From: Candidatus Altiarchaeota archaeon
GTDB taxonomy: Archaea; Altiarchaeota; Altiarchaeia; IMC4; SCGC-AAA252-I15
Assembly: GCA_043804895.1 (NCBI GenBank)
Contig: JAZDIN010000004.1
Location: 8,887-72,886, forward strand
Direction: 5' to 3'
DNA: 64,000 nt
A program made the position numbers and the translations under genes. The stretch's first letter is position 1, and every line of letters begins with the position of its first letter. This document shows, one piece after another, positions 9,153-19,400 of this stretch. The notes beneath the pieces were generated by a model, which ran no database searches, was not told the origin of the DNA, and saw only the letters and a program-made list of their open reading frames with translations.

Positions 9153-11360
9153 GTGCAAACAAATGGCGAGTCACAGGGAAAGATGAGAGTGTTCGACAGG
9201 GACAGGTTTGTCGTCTTCAGCATATCCCTGACCCTTTTCATGCTGCAGGTACTCTACACGAGGATATTCTCAGTTGCCTTCTGGTACCACCACGTCGCCT
9301 TTGTCGTCAGCTTGAGCCTTCTCGGCCTTGGAGCAGGCGGAATGTTCTACCTGCTATTCCGTGAGAGGCTAGGTGCGGGAGTACTGCGGTGGTTGACGCC
9401 CCTACTCCCAGCCACCATACTCTTCGGCTTAGAGTTCGTCACCAACACCCCGCTCAACCAAGTGCAACCGTTCCGAGACGCCTACATGAACTGGGCGTTA
9501 TACTGTCTCCCAATCTCGCTGACATATGTTATCGGAGGCATGTGCCTCACCAACATATACTCAAAGAAGCCGGATGGGATTGGGCCCTTGTATGCGGCTG
9601 ACATGGCAGGCGCCTGTTTGGCGTGCGTTGCAGTCGTTCTAGCTCTGCCGGTTCTGGGGGGGGAGAACGCGGTGGCTTTCACGTCAATGATAGCATGCGC
9701 GCCTGCCCTGGCAGTGTTCCAGGGTTCGAGGAAGGTGATGTGCATTTTCGCCGCCTTCATGATAGTGACAGCCTTCCTGATGGGAAGCGGCGGTTTTGGA
9801 CTGCAACACCTCAAGGTCCCCATCGGGAAGGAGACGCTACTTGACACTAGATGGAACGTGTTCTCAAGAGTCGATTTGACTACTAAGGGCTATGTCTTCT
9901 GGAGCCCCGCCGACGGTTACAGGGACTTGAACGACAACATACCGAGCTTTGGATTGAGGATTGATGACGCGTCAAGGTCAACTATCCTCAGGAACGTCTC
10001 GGACCTCTCGTTCTTCGAATACGACCTGCCTTACGTGGGCTACAACCTTGGAGGGGGTAAGAGAACGGCGTTGGTGATTGGCTCCGGCGGTGGGGTCGAC
10101 GTCCTCGCAGCCTCGCACTTCAACTACACCGACATAACGGCTGTGGAGATAAACCCAGTCATAGTCGATTACGTGCGTGAGATGAACCCCGCAATCTACG
10201 ACAACCCGAAGGTGACGCTGGAAGTCGACAACGGACGGAGCTTCATCATGCGGACCCCCCGGAAGTTCGACCTGATAGGCCTCACTTTCGTCACAACCTA
10301 TGCTGCGATGAACTCAGGCTCCTACTCGCTCTCAGAGAACTTCGTCTACACTGCCGAGGCGATGGCGGACTACCTGGACCACCTCACGCCAGGAGGCGTG
10401 GTCTCCATCAGCCGCACATCCAGCTTAGGCGGAGCATTCAACGAAAGGTCGCGTCACCTGAGGATTATCGTCGAGACGCTTGGAGGAAGGGACATCGAAC
10501 ATCCTGAGGCTAATGTTATTATAGTGAACCACGGAGGGGCTGACACGATACTCGTGAAGGGGGAGCCTTTCACAAAAGACGAGCTAGAGGAACTGGAGGC
10601 GAGGGCTGGCAGGCTCGGGTTCAATGTGACGGCAGGGGACGACATATCGAAAGAGTTGGCAAACCTAGACCCTTACCTTCCGACCGACGACAGTCCGTTC
10701 TTCTTCAACTCGTGGATTGGAGACAGGCTGCTCTTGTCCCTATTGAAGGCGTCGACTCTGCTTTTTACATTATCCATCCTGGCCCCCCTAATCCTCAAGA
10801 GGGGATTAAGGGTTGTGGAGAACGCGCGGTTCATACTTTACTTCCTCACGATAGGAGCAGGTTATATGCTGCTTGAGATTCCGCTTGTGCAGAGGTTCTC
10901 GCTCCTTTTGGGTTCGCCCACCCTCTCATTCACTGTGATACTTTTCACGCTCCTTGCGTCAACTGGGTTGGGGAGCCTCAAGTCCGAGAAGATGGAGGGG
11001 AGAGCTGGTAGGGTTTTCGCATCCCTGGTTGCGCTCATAACACTCTACTGCCTCTTTTTGCCGTGGGTTGTGAGGGAGCTCTCAATCCTCCCACTTCCAG
11101 GAAGGATACTCGCAACAGCAACCCTACTCTCCCCCCTCGGTTTCCTTTTGGGTTTCTTCTTCCCTGCAGGGATTAGGCGGGCGGGTGGGAAAACAGACCT
11201 GGTGGCTTGGATGTGGGGCGTTAACGCGACCGCTTCGGTCATCGGAGCCAACGCCGCACCATACATCGCGATACAACACGGGTTCACTTCAGTTATGGCA
11301 CTGGCGATCCCAGTGTATACGATAGCCTACCTTATGCTTGGAAGGAAGACACTACTTTGA
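9153..11360 (+). CDS. Membrane protein with a central spermidine-synthase-like (class I MTase fold) domain flanked by polytopic TM domains
   Basis: 735 aa. The soluble middle carries VIGSGGGVDVLAA and ITAVEINP, flanked by multi-TM N- and C-terminal regions. The ATG at 9183 (MRVFDRDRF) may be the true start. Confidence 0.6.
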   Translation: MQTNGESQGKMRVFDRDRFVVFSISLTLFMLQVLYTRIFSVAFWYHHVAFVVSLSLLGLGAGGMFYLLFRERLGAGVLRWLTPLLPATILFGLEFVTNTPLNQVQPFRDAYMNWALYCLPISLTYVIGGMCLTNIYSKKPDGIGPLYAADMAGACLACVAVVLALPVLGGENAVAFTSMIACAPALAVFQGSRKVMCIFAAFMIVTAFLMGSGGFGLQHLKVPIGKETLLDTRWNVFSRVDLTTKGYVFWSPADGYRDLNDNIPSFGLRIDDASRSTILRNVSDLSFFEYDLPYVGYNLGGGKRTALVIGSGGGVDVLAASHFNYTDITAVEINPVIVDYVREMNPAIYDNPKVTLEVDNGRSFIMRTPRKFDLIGLTFVTTYAAMNSGSYSLSENFVYTAEAMADYLDHLTPGGVVSISRTSSLGGAFNERSRHLRIIVETLGGRDIEHPEANVIIVNHGGADTILVKGEPFTKDELEELEARAGRLGFNVTAGDDISKELANLDPYLPTDDSPFFFNSWIGDRLLLSLLKASTLLFTLSILAPLILKRGLRVVENARFILYFLTIGAGYMLLEIPLVQRFSLLLGSPTLSFTVILFTLLASTGLGSLKSEKMEGRAGRVFASLVALITLYCLFLPWVVRELSILPLPGRILATATLLSPLGFLLGFFFPAGIRRAGGKTDLVAWMWGVNATASVIGANAAPYIAIQHGFTSVMALAIPVYTIAYLMLGRKTLL

Positions 11361-11783
11361 ACTACCGAATCGTTCGTCCACGAATTCGCGGACGCTCCTG
11401 TCTTCGTGCGAGTCTTGGTAGAACGGCTTCTTCAGCCACTAAGCGAAATCACTTAGCGCGCCAGCTTTTGATAAGCTTTCCGCCCGCTAGGAGGGGCGAA
11501 ATCTGGGCTTGATGGACTTCCTGGAACTCCTTTTCCATATACTTAACTACGGGTTGCGGAAGCCTATAAATGTGATTTTTATACGCTAAATCTATTATCT
11601 AATTCAATGGAAGGGGGTTCCTACATCTATTGGACGGTTGAAGCAGATGAGTACTCTAGGGGGAATCCTATCCTACAGTTGTTGCTGTTGCTTAGGCTGC
11701 GAGCGTAGATTCGTCTAACATTCTACGGCTCGCATGTGATAAGATGCCAAGATTCTATTTTACACACGGGAGGTATGCGACAT

Positions 11784-11885
11784 CAACGACCAGCGGCCTT
11801 AGCCGCTGGTTTGATAAGCATGAAACCGCAATATTAGATGCATACATTAACCGCCCACCCAAAGGGGGGCGGTTTCATCGCTTAT
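11784..11885 (+). repeat. 102-nt structured element, copy X (divergent copy; its 3' end overlaps the leuA start codon)
   Basis: caacgac-cagcggc-ctta-gccgctg-gtttgataagcatgaaaccg...ccgcccacccaaaggggggcgg-tttcatcgcttat. It has the same length and two-domain fold as copies Y and Z, with compensatory changes. It is flanked by AT (11782-11783) and ends in AT (11884-11885). Confidence 0.75.
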
Positions 11886-13407
11886 GAATCAGTTCTGGTA
11901 CGACAGGAATGTCGAACCTAAGGGGAAGCCGAAGAGGATTCAGGTTTTTGACACCACGTTAAGGGATGGAGAGCAGACGCCGGGAGTCAACTTCACTGCC
12001 GAGGATAAGAAGGAGGTAGCCTCGGCCCTGTCGAAGCTGGGGGTGGACTTTATCGAAGCCGGATTCCCAATCTCAAGCGAGGGGGAGTTCAAGGCAGTTA
12101 AGGGGATAAAGGAGCTGGGACTCAAAAGCAGGATAGTCGGCCTCGCCCGCTGCGTCGGGAAGGACATGGACGCGGCGTTGGACGCTGGCGTAGACATGGT
12201 CCACATTTTCATAGGCACTTCGCCGATTCATAGGGAGTATAAGCTGAAGATGACGAGGGAGGAGATTCTGAAGAGGGCGCAGGAGAGCATACAGTATGTG
12301 AGGGACCACGGGGGTAAGGTGCACTTCAGCCCTGAGGACGCGTGCAGGACTGAGCTCGACTTCCTGAAGGAGGTGTGCGTGATGGCTGAGTCGAATAAGG
12401 TGGAACACATCAACATCCCGGACACAGTTGGCGTTATGACTCCTGCTGCGATGGGATGGCTCATCGCGGAGCTGAAGGGGGTTGTGAAGGTTCCTCTTGC
12501 AGTTCACTGCCACAACGACTTCGGGATGGCAGCAGCGAACACGATAACGGCGGTGATGTCCGGTGCGGTGATACCGCACGTCACAGTCAACGGCCTCGGG
12601 GAGAGGGCGGGCAACGCCGACCTAGAGCAGGTCGTCCTCGGGTGTAAGCTAATACACGGTGTGGAATCGAACGTGAACACGAAGAGAATATGGGAGACCT
12701 CAAGGCTCGTGGAACGGTTGAGCGGCATTAAGGTGATGCCGAACTTCCCGATAGTCGGAGGCAACGCGTTCGCCCACGAGAGCGGAGTCCACGTCCACGG
12801 AGTCCTCGCGAAGGCCGCCACCTACGAGGCCATCAAGCCTGAGATTGTGGGTGCGAAGAGGAAGCTCGTCCTCGGGAAGCTCGTCGGCAAACACGGAGTC
12901 AAGGACAAGCTGAACGCGATGGGGTTGAAGGTCACTGAAGAGCAGGCGAGGGACATAACACAGAAAGTGAAGGACCTAGGAGACAAGGGCAAGAGAGTCA
13001 CAGAGGAAGACCTGGCCGCGATAGCAGAGGACATGGTCGGAAAAGGCTCGAAGAAGGAGAGATTGGTAGAGCTGAAGGATATGACATTGCACATGGAGTA
13101 CGGAGTGAACCCGACAGCCACAGTCGCGCTCCTTGTAAAGGGCAGGGAGAAGTATGCTAGGGCCGTGGGCGTCGGCCCCGTGGATGCGACGTTGAACGCG
13201 ATAAGGGCCGCCCTCGGAGACAAGGACATACAGTTGGACGACTACCACCTCGACGCCATATCAGGAGGGTCAAATGCCCTCGCAGACGTGTCAATCAAAG
13301 TCAGCAAAAACGGGAAAAGCACCATGGCCCGGGGAGTACACGAAGACGTCGTAATGGCATCAGTACTCGCGTTCATCAACGGAGTCAACAGGATAATGAG
13401 AAAATAG
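11884..13407 (+). CDS. leuA: 2-isopropylmalate synthase / (R)-citramalate synthase family (LeuA/CimA)
   Basis: 507 aa. It has the FDTTLRDGEQTPGV catalytic N-terminus, HCHNDFGMA, NGLGERAGNA, and a C-terminal LeuA-dimer regulatory domain. The sequence alone cannot separate LeuA from CimA. Confidence 0.85.
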   Translation: MNQFWYDRNVEPKGKPKRIQVFDTTLRDGEQTPGVNFTAEDKKEVASALSKLGVDFIEAGFPISSEGEFKAVKGIKELGLKSRIVGLARCVGKDMDAALDAGVDMVHIFIGTSPIHREYKLKMTREEILKRAQESIQYVRDHGGKVHFSPEDACRTELDFLKEVCVMAESNKVEHINIPDTVGVMTPAAMGWLIAELKGVVKVPLAVHCHNDFGMAAANTITAVMSGAVIPHVTVNGLGERAGNADLEQVVLGCKLIHGVESNVNTKRIWETSRLVERLSGIKVMPNFPIVGGNAFAHESGVHVHGVLAKAATYEAIKPEIVGAKRKLVLGKLVGKHGVKDKLNAMGLKVTEEQARDITQKVKDLGDKGKRVTEEDLAAIAEDMVGKGSKKERLVELKDMTLHMEYGVNPTATVALLVKGREKYARAVGVGPVDATLNAIRAALGDKDIQLDDYHLDAISGGSNALADVSIKVSKNGKSTMARGVHEDVVMASVLAFINGVNRIMRK

Positions 13408-13411
13408 ACTG

Positions 13412-16400
13412 TCAGTATTTCCTGGGTCCTGACAGCATCTCGTCTGACACCCAGTAGGTTCTGGCTTCCATGTCAGGTTGTTGTTCAAGGATTTTTGCTT
13501 TCTCCAGCCGGTCCACAACGTCTATTATCTCCTTGGGGGTGTGCGGGAGGTCTTCGTTTTCTGAGGGGTTCTGCCAGTAGAGGTGCATGCACAGTCTTTC
13601 CAGGTGTCTTTGCCTTATGGTGTGCCACAGGTTCAGGCGGTGTCCGCTTAAAGTCTCTATGATCTTCACCATTATATCCTTAGTTTCGGCAGTGCCTCTC
13701 ACCTCCTCGCTTAGTATCTTGCCTAGGGTCTCCTGCGCAAGGTTTTCAAGGTTCTCGTCTCCTGGGAACTTTTTCGTCAGCGCGTAGTATCCTCGCGTGC
13801 CGACTGGGATTATTAGTCCCTGTTTCTTTAGGGATTGTACCACGTTGTTAACTTTGCTCTCGTCTATCCCCAGGTCTTGTGCCACTTCCTTGTTTATGCC
13901 CTCGCGTTTCATTATGCCCTGCCCGACGAGGAGCACGTTAGATATGACCTTGAGGACCGCCCTGGCGGCATAGGGGTTAGGGAACCGTGATATGCGTTCC
14001 TCGATCTCCGCCTCTCTGTCCTCCAGGGCAGGGTGTAGGACCATTGCCGGGTTCGGAACAGTAATTTCGTACATGTCCTTCAGTATGTGTACGTCGCGGT
14101 GGTCTTCATAAGACCTTGGCTTTTCCTTCAGGATGTGCGGGCTGATGGCGTCAGTCTCATGGTCTGCCTCCAGCAGTATACCAACGTGGCGTAGCTCGCG
14201 CAGCAAATCCCTCACGTAAGGGTTCATGACATCTTTTGTCTCCGGCAACCCTGGACAACCATTCGTCAGGCAGTCGGTGACGAGGTCATCTCTACCTACC
14301 GTGTGGTTCGGCTTGTTAGAGATTATGTTGATTATTAGACGGGCTGCCTCGAGTTTATCGTCCTTGACATTAAGCAGCAACCTCTCTAGCCTCATTTTAT
14401 TAACATTCTCGTTAGTCTGGTCCCATGAGGTTGTCTTACCATCGTCTGATTTTATGTCTCTGAGGAGGCATCCATCAGATACGCTTGGGCTTGTTTCAGG
14501 GTCGGTTACTACACCAAGCCGAGACAATTCCCTGAGGTCTGCCTTTATCCCTTCGATACGACCAGCTTCGGTGTCTGGGTATATGACCCCAAGTACCGGG
14601 TGTTTTGAGCAGAGTTCTGCCAATTTCTTTATCTCCAGGTGGCCGGTGAAGTGGCTTACAGCTTTTGCCAGCTCCTCCTCCACGTAGCTTAACCTCCTGT
14701 TGTTTATGGTTTCCGCGTTAACGTAGCGTTGGAAAGCGTGGAACGGGTGGGGGAAATCCGGTTGGGGGCGTCTCTTGTACGGGTTCGCAAAGACCTTCCC
14801 GTCCATGAGTATCATGTCCTTTTGCATGAGTTCCTTCCTTGTCATCTTGTGCGTTGATGATGCTGTGGTTGATGGTGTTGTGCTGACTTCTCCCTCGTCT
14901 TCTTCCTCGGGGTCTTTCCCGAGTATTCTTGTATACTCAACATAACTGATCGAGCCTTCTTTGTTAAGCTTTCCCACAACGACCATTGTCTTGTTCACGT
15001 CCTTCAGGTGTCTTGAGTCGATCAGCATCGTCGGGGGAAGCGAACCAGTCTGCCCGTAAAGTTTCTCTGCCCCGATTCTGTTAAGATTTTTGAGAGCATC
15101 AATGCTTGCGAGTCCCCTGTGTTTTCCGGAGCCGACCTTTCTGAGATAGTCTTCGACAAGACCCCACACCTTACTGCTCTTGCGCTCCCATGTGTCGAGA
15201 GTCTGGATCTCGTCTAGTGCCTCCTTCCTCGTTAAAAAGTCTATGAGTATAGGCTGTTTCGCTATCGCCCTGAAGTATTCTGTCGTGTCTATGCCCCTCT
15301 TCTTCAGGTCTTTGGCGTCGATCTTCTGCAGCTTCCTTATGCGCATGTTGACGTTTAGCGTCCCGTACGATTCGGTAAGTGCTCCGAAGTCGCTGGGTCT
15401 CCCAAGGAACACAGCCCTTAGTATGGACTCCTTTGTTGCATCTTCTCCTAGTTCAACGTCCGGCAGTTTTGAAAGGACTTCAGACATCTCCTCCGCTAGT
15501 TTCACCCCCCTGTCTATCCTCCCGAGGTCTGTGCATTCATCGATGTTTTTCGTGTTCTGGAGTATGTGTGTTAGGAATCCCATCTGGAAGTCGGATTCGC
15601 CGACGCCCCCCATTCTTTTGACTGCGGGAATGATCTTCTTTTCGATGTCCCTCGCCGCCGTTTTGCCTGTCATGAAAATCCTGAAGTTGTTGTTCCATTT
15701 CGCCAGATCTAACATCCTAAGGTATGCGTCCTCCCCGAGTTCTTTGCCTAAGTTGAGGGTCCAAATTCTTAGCACCCCCTCTATCACCCTCTCCGCTTCA
15801 ACCACGTCCACCTGTGGGGGGAGTGGTTTTGCTGGGATTTCTTCAGTGGTGGCGCCTTCACCTACTGTGAGAGTCTTATCTTCTGCAGGCTCGGCGGGAG
15901 CGGGCTTCGGAGGCTCGACCATGCCGATTATGACATCAAGCTGGTAGACTATGTCTTCTAAGATAGGCCTTGAGATTCGTTTATGTTCTTCCAGGTCATC
16001 TCTGTATTTTTGTTTTGGGATGAGTTCAGGGTCTATGCGGGGCTCTGATGATTTAAGATCCTTTTCTAATTGTTCTAATTGTGGGCTTAGAAAATGCCAG
16101 GCCGCTGTTTTTTGTCTTTTCTTTCGTGTGTCTGCTGTTAGGAACTCTAGTTGGTCTTGTTTGTCTTGCGGGATGAAGTTGGGGTGTAGGTAGGTGTCGA
16201 CTGATTCGCCGCCTCCTTTAGTCAGGTATGAGGTGGCTAGGATAAACTCGGCATATGCCCAGTCTCCCGCGTTGATGTGGTCTATCAGCCTCTGGGTCCT
16301 CTCCGAGTCACGGGACAGTGTCTTCCACTCTGGGAGTTTTTCTTTTTTTATTAGTTCGGCGCCGGCGGCGGCTCTGAAAGGCCCTTCCTCCTGCCTGAGG

Positions 16401-19400
16401 AGTGATGACAAATTCTCTAGGGTTGTTTTTTCTAGCCCCGCAACTACAGATAGTGTGTTGAACTCATCCTCCCTGCCGTCGGCTTTAAGCCAGAATGCGT
16501 CCTCAAGTACTGCCGTGGACTTCCCGTGCAGCTTCACGATTTCCGTGTGGTGTTCTCTGAGGAACTCGTCTGCGGAGGGGATGCTTCCCCTGTCAGCCCA
16601 GTTATAGTACCAGCCGGCCAATCCGAGGTCGCAGTTTTGAGGTAGTGTGTCCTCGAACTTCCTCTCCCCTTCGGATATGCCATGTAAGGCCGCCATTTTT
16701 TCCCCCATATTTTGTGGCGTCATATCGGTCAATGCTTCTCTGAGATGTGTGAAGTATTCGCCGTCAAGCAGTTGGAACCTGCCGACCTCTCGGATGTCCT
16801 GTGCGAATTGGCCTAGGTTGAGGACTCCCTTGATGACTTCGATTCTGCCCGCACCTACCACAGCCGATCTTAGCGTTTGGAGGGCTCTGACGACCGTCTC
16901 GGGCTTAGTGCCGCTGTGATTCTCTTTGAACTGTTTGATGAACTGTTGCGCTTCGCCGGTTGATGCGAAAAGCTTCGGGTTGTCGGACCAGATTCTGGAG
17001 AATTCCTCCCTGACTCCTCTGTCAAAGTCGCCAAACATCATATTCACTACCCTCGGCCTCTCCTCAGGGTGTATGCCCTCTGCCTCCCAGGAGCGGTCTC
17101 TTGCCTTTGTCAAGTCTGTGATGGTATTTTCCTGGTTCGCTAGTAAGGGCGTAAGGTGTTCGACGCCGGTGACCTTCAGTATGCTGTTGACTTCCCGGAG
17201 TGTGTTATCTCTTTTGGCTTCATCGTCTGAAATCGTTAGGATAACCTGGGCTTTCACACTCTCGTCGCCGCCTTTACCGAGCCTCCTCAATGCCTCCTCT
17301 GCAAGCTGCCACCGATTCTTTGGACCTGACCAGCGGGAGAGTTTTTCAAGATTTTCCGGTGTGAAAAAGTCTCTGTGCTCCCCCCCGACTAGGAGGCCCA
17401 GTATGCCACCCAGTTTACCTGCATTTTTCAGGGCGTGTAGGTGGTCTATTGTCCTTGGTTCCTCTTCGATGAGGTTACTGACAGTGTCGGAGGTGATTGC
17501 AGAGGTGTGTTCCGAGAGTAGGTTCAGATATTTCGCAGCCGACCCCTTCGAGGTCTCCTCAGCCCTCAGCAGGAGGGATGTAGTCCCTTCTGATGCTAGT
17601 AATGCACGCCTGTCAGGTTCAGAGTCCATGAACAGGTCGAAGTAATCTTGCACGTATGGTCTTTTGACCATCTCTTTCAGCGTGTCCCTGTAGTCTGGAT
17701 TGGTTAAACATGAGAAATATTTTAGAGCGTATTCTGCCTCCCTGCTGGAACCCTCTGGCATGTTCTCTGGCTGCTTTAGTTTAGTCCGGCCCTGGGCCGA
17801 CCTTAATAGGCGGTCCATCAACGGGCCCAGTATCTCCGGCTCCGCCTCCACTGTTTGCAGGAAGGCTTTACCAGTCTCTGATGTGGGTATGAGATACTCC
17901 TGCGCCCTCTCAATCCTATAGAAGCCTAATACGGTCTTGGGTGTGTCAGGCCCCATCCTTTCCAGCTGGTCCAAGTATTCTTGTGTTACCACCATGTCAA
18001 GACGGTCCATCCTATCCAGGGGTATCCTGTCAAGGGACTGGACATAGTCCACCATAAATTGTCTTTCAACGTTCCCCTTCTTTGAGATTAGCTCGTATAT
18101 CTCCGCCGGTATGTCCTTTTTTTCGCCTGGCTGGTCTTCTTTAACGAATAGTGTATTGATGTCTATGGATTCATCCCCTAAACCAGTGCCGCCGGTAACT
18201 CCCTCTGTCCAATATGCTGCTGAGAGTGGCTGATTCTCCCTGTTGAGCTTTATTACCCGGTCTATGAACTCGTTGAAGTGGTAGTTCATAGAAAGGCTCA
18301 CCCTGCCCTCCTGGACCTTAGCCAGCTTCTTGTCGACTTCCCTTTCTATGAGTCTCATACCGTCCAGGTTTTTTATATTCGTGGTGGCGGCTGGGAGTTT
18401 AGTCACAGCACCGTTTATCTCCTTAATCCATTTTAGCATCTGCTCCATCGAGTCTATGCTCCCCCACTGGTCCAACTCCTCCAGGGACAGGAGGAACGCG
18501 TTATTCGCTTCTTTCGCGTCTCCGAGTTGTTTTATGAAATTTGGGCTTTCTGGCTCGCCAGCGTTTACCGCGGATATTGCTTCTCTGAGCGAGGTCACAG
18601 GAGCTGAACTCCGTAGGACATAATGGAATTGTTCACGCATCTTTGTCATGTTGTCCGTTAGGCTGCCTAGAGCAATGACCGAATCATATGCCACGTCGAC
18701 AACGGCTGTGGAGTACAGCGTCTGTTGTTCGGGCTTAAGGGACAACACCCCCTTAACAACATCCATGAACTTCGCCGGGTTGATTTCCGATAGGGTATCC
18801 GGATGGAAAAAATCTTCGGGTTTGACTTCGGCTTCTGATTCTATCCCCTTAGTCCGTTCCAACACACCCTCGCGTACCGTCTCGAATGGTACGCCGGCCT
18901 TCAGCTTGGAGGCCATCTCCTCCATCACCTCTATCGCCGATTTGACGGTATCGGAGTCCCTTATTTTCGTCATACCGGCCCTAACGGTCTCCCTGGCGGT
19001 TATGTCCTCTTCTTTGATTGAACGTTCGATGATCTTATCGCTTTTCCAGTATTTCGTTCTTTTCCTCAGGTCCTTTAAGACGTGGTTGATTTCTTCACCG
19101 CCTTCAATCCTCTGGACGAATTCTTTTATCTCCCCGATAGCTGCTAGCACTATTATGTATCGTTCAACGCGGTCGTATGTTTCCTTCATTTGGGAGGAGT
19201 GCGTTCTAACTGCTGCGCTATACCCAAAGGCATCTGTCAGATGTTTCTGGGCCGCGTCAATGTCCTCAAACCCGATGGACGAAAGCGCCTGCTCCCGTAG
19301 GTCAGGTTTTAGGCGTAGGATGTAGGAGGGGTCGAATGACACTATTTTTCCGAGGACTGTCTTATCGTCTTGGGTGATGCTTGGCTCAGCGATTCTGAAG

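Noticed and set aside
9389-9847. Short ORFs in other frames or on the other strand within the 9153..11360 membrane protein gene.
   Set aside because: They are embedded in a long ORF with coherent TM-domain architecture. There is no independent support for them.
11361-11538. A possible small gene or pseudogene on the minus strand in the leuA leader: a 29-aa ORF, MEKEFQEVHQAQISPLLAGGKLIKSWRAK, followed by out-of-frame open sequence.
   Set aside because: It is too short and has no motif. The downstream frames do not join into a recognisable protein. I treat it as non-coding leader, though a decayed gene cannot be excluded.
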